Position numbers and translations under genes: made by a program. From the NCBI GenBank assembly GCA_038203565.1, contig JBBRDV010000038.1:1-12427 (forward strand): a stretch of DNA of 12,427 bases, given 5' to 3'. This document shows positions 6,688 to 12,427 of the stretch, piece after piece; the stretch's first letter is position 1; every line of letters begins with the position of its first letter. The notes under the pieces were generated by a model. The model did no database searches. It had not been told where the DNA came from and saw only the letters and a list, made by a program, of their open reading frames with translations. The DNA is from Atribacterota bacterium (GTDB lineage: Bacteria; Atribacterota; Phoenicimicrobiia; Phoenicimicrobiales; Phoenicimicrobiaceae).

Positions 6688-7476
6688 TCATTTGCACAAT
6701 CTTTGACGAACTGCATCATATAGAATTATTCCAGCAGCTACTGATGCATTTAGGGATTCAGTAGTTCCTAAGATAGGAATTTTTATCTGTTTATAAGCTG
6801 CCTTCCTCCATATATCATTTGGTCCCCTATTTTCGTTTCCAATGACCAAAGCGAAAGGTTCTTTGAGGTTAACGGAATAGTAATATTCTTCACCATCTAA
6901 ATCTGCTACTATAATATTTATAGAGTTATGGCTTAACCATCTGACAACTTCCTCATCGTCAAGACCATTTACAATAGGCAGCTGAAACAGTGAGCCCATG
7001 GTAGATCTGATAACTTTTGGGTTGAATAAATCTACAGTTCCTTTAGTTAATAATACGCAAGCAGCACCTGCTGCAGCGCTGGTTCTTATGATTGTTCCAA
7101 GATTTCCGGGATCCTGTAGGCCATTTAAAACAACTACTAAAGGATTTGCACCAAGAATTATATCTGCCAATGATATTTCTATTTGCTCAGCTACCGCTAT
7201 TATTCCTTGAGGGCTAACCGTATCTGAAACTTCCTTAAATAGATTATTGGGCAGCCTTAAAACCTGGCAACCTTGATTAATTTTTGGTAAATTTTCTACG
7301 GTTTCATTAATAATAAGGTATTTTATTTTTACTCCCCTGCTATTCGCTTCCTCAAGAAGTCTGGTGCCTTCTATGAGAAATAATCCATTGCTTTCACGAA
7401 CTTTTTTTTGACTTAAGGATTTTATTAACTTATATATTGAATTTTCCTTGGAAGTAATATCTTTATACTGCTTCAT
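6688..7476 (-). CDS. TrmH/SpoU family RNA methyltransferase
   Basis: SPOUT motifs LQDPGNLGTIIRT, IGNENRG, ESLNASVAAGIILY; N-terminal FLIEG substrate-binding domain; SD GAGGAG. Confidence 0.95.
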   Translation of the reverse strand: MKQYKDITSKENSIYKLIKSLSQKKVRESNGLFLIEGTRLLEEANSRGVKIKYLIINETVENLPKINQGCQVLRLPNNLFKEVSDTVSPQGIIAVAEQIEISLADIILGANPLVVVLNGLQDPGNLGTIIRTSAAAGAACVLLTKGTVDLFNPKVIRSTMGSLFQLPIVNGLDDEEVVRWLSHNSINIIVADLDGEEYYYSVNLKEPFALVIGNENRGPNDIWRKAAYKQIKIPILGTTESLNASVAAGIILYDAVRQRLCK

Positions 7477-7585
7477 CTATAATACTCCTCTATAGATCCT
7501 CCCTCATTCGAGATAAATTACCTTATTCACTCATTACAGGGTTTATGTTTTATTCTACAAAAACTATCACATTTCAAACACCGAA

Positions 7586-8527
7586 TTATAAGCTATTTTG
7601 CTTCTGTAACCTATCTTTTATTCTTACTACATAATAGCTAATCCAACCAGAAGGTTCTTTCTTCTGGTTAAAATCCCATTCTCTCCAACTCCTATAAATT
7701 GATTCAGCCTTGTATTTTCCATCTTTATCAATAACTTTCTTTTCTATTTCTTTCATCATATCGATAAATCTATTATCTTTAACTATTTTACTATTCCTGG
7801 ATAGCACGTCTACCACATTTAATATATCATACCAAAATAATGGTGCTTTTAATTTCCTAAAATCATTACCCATATAAAACAAATAAGGATGCTCTTCTTT
7901 GCTTCTTTCCCATAATTGCAATAAACATTTACTACATATATCCTTTTCTTTTTCATATCCATCAAGTTCATTAAGTAACCGTAGCATTATTAAAGTAGCA
8001 TACGGACAGGGATCGTTTTTCTTACCGGGTCCACGAAAGGAACCAAGTTTTTTTGATACTTTACAATGGTAACCATTCTCGTCAATTAGATCTGCCAGGT
8101 ATTTTGTCGACTTTATTACTAAATTATTATCCTTTAAATCCATTTTAATTAGGGAATATACTATGGTCGGTGCATCACATAATGCCCATGCCCAGGTATC
8201 TTCTCCATTTCCACCATATCTAGTTGAAACATTCATGGGTAAGGTAAATGGTCCTTCCTCAGAAACATGGGTAAGTACTTTTTGAATAATTTCGGGAATA
8301 TCATCTACTGAAATTCCGAGATCAGTTAAGAAGAATAATTTATGAAATGGTTGATTTGCACTCTTGTGACTACTAAGTACTGTTCCAGGCCAATCCATTA
8401 ATTCATCCAATATAGTTTTAATCCTATTATCGGCTATCATTACTTTATTCTTTCCAGGTGAATTAGAGGTAATTAATCTTAACAGCGGGTCTTTGGAAGA
8501 AATCCAATCAACAAGTTTTGAATTCAT
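7586..8527 (-). CDS. Conserved hypothetical protein (possibly helical prenyltransferase/squalene-cyclase-like fold)
   Basis: Long ORF with motifs WALCDAP, FRGPGKKNDPCPYATL, GNDFRKLKAPLFWYDIL and KKEPSGWIS. ATG 8527 is preceded by AGGAGG (ORF track start 8545). Fold assignment is inference. Confidence 0.75.
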   Translation of the reverse strand: MNSKLVDWISSKDPLLRLITSNSPGKNKVMIADNRIKTILDELMDWPGTVLSSHKSANQPFHKLFFLTDLGISVDDIPEIIQKVLTHVSEEGPFTLPMNVSTRYGGNGEDTWAWALCDAPTIVYSLIKMDLKDNNLVIKSTKYLADLIDENGYHCKVSKKLGSFRGPGKKNDPCPYATLIMLRLLNELDGYEKEKDICSKCLLQLWERSKEEHPYLFYMGNDFRKLKAPLFWYDILNVVDVLSRNSKIVKDNRFIDMMKEIEKKVIDKDGKYKAESIYRSWREWDFNQKKEPSGWISYYVVRIKDRLQKQNSL

Positions 8528-8690
8528 AATAAACCTCCTATACAAAATGGTATAATATTCTTAGTGTTATGGATATTTCCTAATCTAGTTTCTTTTTTCT
8601 TAAAGCTAAATTTTCTGTGTCATTCGTATCTTCTTTAGGTTCAAGAAGGTCAATCAAGATCGTTCCTAGTATTTAACATCCTACCTGTGG

Positions 8691-8714
8691 CGTTTAACCG
8701 CTGTTGTACACAGT
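8691..8714 (-). other. attC-like left half-site (inverse core)
   Basis: 12 nt after the QueG-like stop, minus strand reads ACTGTGTACAAC-A-GCGGTTAAACG; complementary to the half-site at 9844-9877. Confidence 0.45.
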
Positions 8715-8726
8715 ATTTTCGGCAAT

Positions 8727-9425
8727 CTACTTTTTTCCTTTCGGACAAACAGATACGCATATTCCACATATGCTTATTTCCTTTTTGATTCTTTCTGCTG
8801 ATATTTTTCGGCAATATTCTCTGCATTTAAAAGGATCAAAAAATACATCTCTATCAATTGAAGTTGTCCATAATTGTCCGGTGGCCGCTTTAGCAGGACA
8901 ATGATTAACGCAAATATTACAACTTCCACATTGACTTTCATCTATTGGAATCCCGTTGTCAGAAATATTTACTGTCGTTAATACGCTGGCAAGTCTAACT
9001 CTTGGACCGAATCTTGATGTTACCAGTAAATCTGTTTTCCCAATCCATCCTATTCCTGATCTGGTTGCCGCCAATTTATGAGAAAAAGAATATCGTAATG
9101 TTTTTTCATAGGTATCATCAAGCTCACTGTCTTCTACAGTTGCTTTGATTGGATATGCTTCGATATGATAGGTTTTTAATAAGTTGGATATTACTTCGGT
9201 TTTCATGTTTAGCTCATTATTGATGTTACAATAAAGATCATAGTATAAATCAGTAGGGCCATTGGAAATTTGATTAATAATTTGATCATCTAATTTTCTT
9301 GCTAATGATATTCCATACTTATATTTTGAGTATTCTGGTTTTAATAATCCCGAGAGTTCAGCATACCCAATCTCATAATATTCTTGTGGACATATCTGTT
9401 TGATTTCATTTATTATTTTATTCAT
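8727..9425 (-). CDS. Epoxyqueuosine reductase (QueG)-like 4Fe-4S protein
   Basis: FSHKLAATRSGIGWIGK, FGPRVRLASVLT, CGSCNICVNHCP, C-x3-C and CGICVSVCP motifs. Short form, so true QueG activity is uncertain. Confidence 0.85.
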   Translation of the reverse strand: MNKIINEIKQICPQEYYEIGYAELSGLLKPEYSKYKYGISLARKLDDQIINQISNGPTDLYYDLYCNINNELNMKTEVISNLLKTYHIEAYPIKATVEDSELDDTYEKTLRYSFSHKLAATRSGIGWIGKTDLLVTSRFGPRVRLASVLTTVNISDNGIPIDESQCGSCNICVNHCPAKAATGQLWTTSIDRDVFFDPFKCREYCRKISAERIKKEISICGICVSVCPKGKK

Positions 9426-9555
9426 TTAATTCTCTTTTCTTTGGCTGAAAATAAGGATCCGTGAGAATGAACATAATATAACTCCTATGTAATCTTCTCC
9501 TCATAACTAATGAATAGACTGCGAATTTGCTATCTATTATGTTATAATACTTCTT

Positions 9556-9801
9556 TTATAATATATCAATTTTATTTTCTAATCCTTTTTTCTTGGTTAA
9601 ATATTTTGCATCTTCTATTAATTTTTCATCAATATCAATTACTTTTGAATTAGATGTAATGTTCAAAGATTTAAGAAGTTTATTCGTAGCTTCAAATCCA
9701 CCTGGACGAATTACTGTCATACCCACATGTTTGGCCATAAAATCAAAAATATCACATTTTGCCACAGAATTACATTCATTATTACAACTGAAATCTTCCA
9801 T
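9556..9801 (-). pseudogene. Class I SAM-dependent methyltransferase remnant
   Basis: RPGGFEATNKLL...SKVIDIDEKLIEDAK: the GxG motif I expected after VIDI is missing and the ORF stops after about 81 aa. ATG 9801 has SD GGAGGAGGA. Confidence 0.75.
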
Positions 9802-9843
9802 TTCAAATCCTCCTCCACACATAAAAACCAATTTATTTAACGC

Positions 9844-9877
9844 ACTTTTCATATAACGTGTGCGGATAAAAGAAGTT
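9844..9877 (-). other. attC-like right half-site (core GTT)
   Basis: Minus strand AACTTCTTTTATCCGC-ACAC-GTTATATGAAAAGT. TTATATGAAA also occurs in the site at 10249-10277. Confidence 0.5.
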
Positions 9878-10202
9878 ATAGTTCTACTCTATCCAAAAGT
9901 CCAGCTTTTTCAAATCTCTTCTTGCTAACTTCAAGCATCCCGGAGGAAATGTCGATACCATAAACCTTGCCATTCTCACCTACTGACTCAGCCATTTGTT
10001 TTAAGCAATGTCCAGTTCCAAAACCGATCTCCAAAACGATTTCCCCTCTCTTAAGGTTTAACCGCTCCAAGGCCATATTTCTATATTTTTTCTCGAAGAC
10101 TCCAGCGAAATAATCGTAAAATCGACTCATTTTATCATAACTCTCTTTTGCCTGAGCCTTGGTTCTATATACTCGTAATACTTGGTAATTTTTTGAGTTC
10201 AT
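9876..10202 (-). pseudogene. Class I SAM-dependent methyltransferase (UbiE-like), C-terminally truncated
   Basis: VLEIGFGTG motif I and GIDISSGML are present; the ORF stops at DRVEL (108 aa), before the remaining Rossmann strands. Confidence 0.8.
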
Positions 10203-10248
10203 TTCGTCAATATCTATCCAGTAGTTAATTTTTGGTGCATCGAGTGCA

Positions 10249-10277
10249 ATTTCATATAATTCGCTATTATGCGAATT
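10249..10277. other. Tyrosine-recombinase core site (dif/attI-like)
   Basis: ATTTCATATAA-TTCGCTA-TTATGCGAATT: 11-bp inverted arms (8/11 symmetric) with a 7-bp spacer, about 100 bp upstream of a tyrosine recombinase fragment. Confidence 0.6.
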
Positions 10278-10297
10278 ATTTTCATAATGTCATACTA

Positions 10298-10329
10298 ATA
10301 TTGTACAATATACGAAATCATGCTACTTT
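10298..10329 (+). promoter_or_regulatory. Putative integrase promoter with palindrome over -35
   Basis: TTGTAC (10301-10306) - 17 bp - TACTTT (10324-10329), preceded by TG at 10321-10322; perfect palindrome ATATTGTACAATAT at 10298-10311. Confidence 0.45.
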
Positions 10330-10374
10330 TTATTTAGTTTGAAAATAATTATATTTTATCAGAAACTAACGAAT

Positions 10375-10536
10375 ATGCAAAATCAAATTGAACCAACAGA
10401 ACGAGAACTGAAAATTAGAAACTATAGCCCCAATACTATAAAAAGCTACATATACGGGCTCAAAGAATATTTTGTTTTCAAGAAACAGGATTTCGAGAAC
10501 CTAAATGAAGAAATTCGGGTGAATGCTGGCGAGTGA
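10375..10536 (+). pseudogene. Tyrosine recombinase (integron-integrase/Xer-like) N-terminal SAM-like domain fragment
   Basis: MQNQIEPTERELKIRNYSPNTIKSYIYGLKEYF matches the L-x-x-R-N-Y-S-x-x-T-x-x-x-Y N-terminus of these integrases. Resemblance ends near 10515; no catalytic domain. Confidence 0.8.
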
Positions 10537-10769
10537 TGGTGTAAAATACCGCATTTTCCAACTGGCAGTGTGAGTTCAAAAATATTCGAATAGACTTCAC
10601 CCAAAATTTGTAGGGTGGGCGGAATTCCTCCTAGACCCTCCTTTTCACCCACCTGCGGAAGCGACCCTTTCGAACCTGCCTGCCGGCCAGGCAGGTTGGA
10701 CGATTTCAAGTTTTTCGATCCGCTTTTAGCGGAACTCCGACCTTCACTCGATTTGGCGGCAAATTCTTT
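10511..10769. other. GC-rich structured non-coding element
   Basis: Hairpins AACCTGCCTG-CCGGC-CAGGCAGGTT (10673-10697), TCCGCT-TTT-AGCGGA (10719-10733), imperfect GGGTGGGCGGAATTCCTCCTAGACCC (10613-10638) and TATTCGAATA (10583-10592). GGGTGAA (10517-10523) can pair with TTCACCC (10596-10602 or 10644-10650). Confidence 0.55.
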
Positions 10770-12232
10770 TTATGGGTTTTTCAAAATTTTAATCAATTCC
10801 TCTGTTGATGTCTTTAATTCTTGCGGTGTGCAACTTCCATTATTCGTGTTTTCTGGATGATGAATCGAATTTCTAACAAATGTCATTAGCGTTGTATCTT
10901 CTGACTGTTGCACTTGTCCATTTTGGATTTTAGCCATTTTTTTGATTTTGTAATCCCTTTGCCTACAAAATATGATTCAGCTTTATCAATTGTATATTTT
11001 TTCTGATTTTCTTGTATGTAACCATAAAGTTCATTATGAAATTCAATTGTCGGTAAACCGTATGCAGAATAGTTTATCTCTCCCCAAGATGGACTCCAAG
11101 GAAACAATCCAAACTGATTGTCTGTATTTTCAATTATTATTCCATCTGCCCCGTTCTTTGTTATAAGCAATTCAATTTTCGGATTGCATAGGCAGTTTTT
11201 GAAAAAATATGGTGAGTGGGTAGAAATATAAACTTGATTGGTCTTCGAAAATCCAATGAGATATTGGATAAATTTTTCCTGTAGATAGGGGTGCAAATGA
11301 AGTTCTGGCTCGTCAATCAAAACTATTATTTTTTCTTTTGAAAGTGAGGCCAACGTTTCCAAAAACAAAAGAGAGATAATCATTTCAACGCCTGATCCAA
11401 GATTGGTAACGGGTAAATCAAAATTGTCTAACTTTTGTGCTAAAAAGGCACTATCAAAAGGGGCATTCCCGTCAATAAAAGAAAGGTCAATATTTTGAAG
11501 CTCAAAATCTTTTAGCTTTTTATTCAACGCTTCAAAACACTTTTTTACAGAAGCCTCATCAACCTTGTTGACTATTTCTTTTTCAAAATTAATTTTCTTT
11601 GTGAAAAAGCTCTCTTGGCCTTCGACTAATTCTTCTCCCCTAACGCCTTTTGAAAAACGCCAATTAAAGTCTTCAAGAACAGAAGAGATTGAGGAATTAA
11701 AACCTTTTTGCAATTGTCTTTCTCTATTTTTATTGAAATAGAAGCTTTTTGGAAATTCCTCTAGTTTAACTTTAGATAGAGAAAGTAATCTCTCATCAAA
11801 CTGAAATTTCGTTCCGGTTTTTCTCTGTATCTCCCAGCCACTGTCGTTATCCTTAGGTCTATTGGGAATTACGTAATGAGTTAAAACAACAATGTCAGAA
11901 AATGCCTTGCCTGCTGCTGCTTTATCTCTTTTCTTTATTTCCAAAGAGACACTCTTACATTCAACTTTTTGTGTTGTGTATCCGTCCGGTAAAATAGCAG
12001 TAAATATAGAATCAAATTCTATCTGAATAATAATCGGTTCATTATTGCCGTTAAAAAAATCCGTATGTTTTAGTCTTCCCGACAAAAAATAAGGTGAAAG
12101 AGCGTAGTTGATTGCCTCAATAATCGATGTTTTACCAGTCCCATTATTGCCAATAAAAATTGACAGCTCTTTAGAGTTAAAGCTCTGTTCTTTGATTGCA
12201 CGAAAATTTTTTATTGTAATTTTGGTGATCAT
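10770..12232 (-). pseudogene. ABC-type (AAA_15/AAA_21-like) ATPase with C-terminal HEPN-like nuclease motif; 1-nt frameshift near 10930
   Basis: Walker A GNNGTGKT, signature LGSG, Walker B LIDEPELHLHP, H-loop STHSP. The ORF stops at 10886, but the -1 frame continues IQNGQVQQSEDTTLMTFVRNSIHHPENTNNGSCTPQELKTSTEELIKILKNP* to 10770, giving 487 aa if one base is restored. Confidence 0.8.
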
Positions 12233-12427
12233 AATGTTACTTCATTTAATGTCGTTTTTTCTTCAAGACTATAAACAAATTTATCTATATCTAAAATCCT
12301 TACCTCAAAGCCGTCTGTTTTAATAAATTTGAAATATCGGTGGGTGTCAATAAATGCTCTTGGCGAAATAAATACAGAATATGCTTTTGTACCTTTTTTG
12401 ATATATTCTTCTAAATGTATTCGTACC
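12229..12427 (-). CDS. C-terminal end of a probable AlwI-family type IIS restriction endonuclease (partial)
   Basis: Open frame from the window edge: VRIHLEEYIKKGTKAYSVFISPRAFIDTHRYFKFIKTDGFEVRILDIDKFVYSLEEKTTLNEVTL*. Resembles the V-x-x-HL...FI(A/S)P-x4-DT tail of AlwI-like enzymes. Its TGA overlaps the ATPase ATG (ATGA). Confidence 0.5.
   Translation of the reverse strand, partial: VRIHLEEYIKKGTKAYSVFISPRAFIDTHRYFKFIKTDGFEVRILDIDKFVYSLEEKTTLNEVTL

Noticed and set aside
6998..7210. Plus-strand ORF; likewise 8704-8904, 9593-9856, 10972-11166 and 12108-12323
   Set aside because: All are antisense to well-supported genes.
7560..7595. GCTTATAATTCGG at the hypothetical gene's stop as an inverse core site
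   Set aside because: Lacks the AAC triplet and no partner half-site is visible.
8585..8675. Short minus-strand frame ILGTILIDLLEPKEDTNDTENLALRKKKLD*
   Set aside because: No credible start or SD; possibly a gene tail, but it cannot be assigned.
8727..9425. Assigning gene symbol queG or a reductive dehalogenase
   Set aside because: Short family member without a Tat signal or the full QueG architecture; specific activity cannot be read from sequence.
10446..10860. ORFs 10446-10709 (-) and 10615-10860 (+)
   Set aside because: Pro/Gly-rich translations of a GC-rich palindromic region, overlapping the integrase fragment or the ATPase tail on the opposite strand.
10886..12232. Calling the ATPase an OLD/GajA nuclease
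   Set aside because: No TOPRIM motif (VEG...DxD) is visible after the ATPase domain; the tail carries an HEPN-type motif instead.

Overview
An AT-rich, mosaic accessory region; gene content suggests an anaerobe such as Atribacterota, which is inference only. From left to right: (1) The 3' part of a phage/ICE-type replication-initiator gene containing four 17-bp iteron-like palindromes, followed by a sigma-70 factor encoded as two ORFs (region 2 and region 4) with a GTAG-type REP-like hairpin between them. (2) A convergent, tightly coupled XRE-HTH / ImmA-IrrE metallopeptidase / PIN operon with an extended -10 promoter and two palindromic operators. (3) A CGNR/ABATE regulator with face-to-face consensus promoters and two TAACC-N18-GGTTA operators, divergent from a 59-aa ORF and a deleted 4Fe-4S gene. 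(4) A minus-strand run of unrelated genes (two broken SAM methyltransferases, QueG-like Fe-S protein, hypothetical protein, TrmH methylase, MFS transporter). It lies downstream of a dif/attI-like site and a divergent truncated tyrosine recombinase and contains complementary attC-like half-sites, so it is a candidate eroded integron-like cassette array. (5) A roughly 250-bp GC-rich structured non-coding element, then an ABC-ATPase whose C-terminal HEPN-type motif (RNSIHH) lies behind a 1-nt frameshift, translationally coupled to an AlwI-like restriction endonuclease. No rRNA, tRNA or CRISPR array was seen. All family assignments are by motif recognition; no searches were run.
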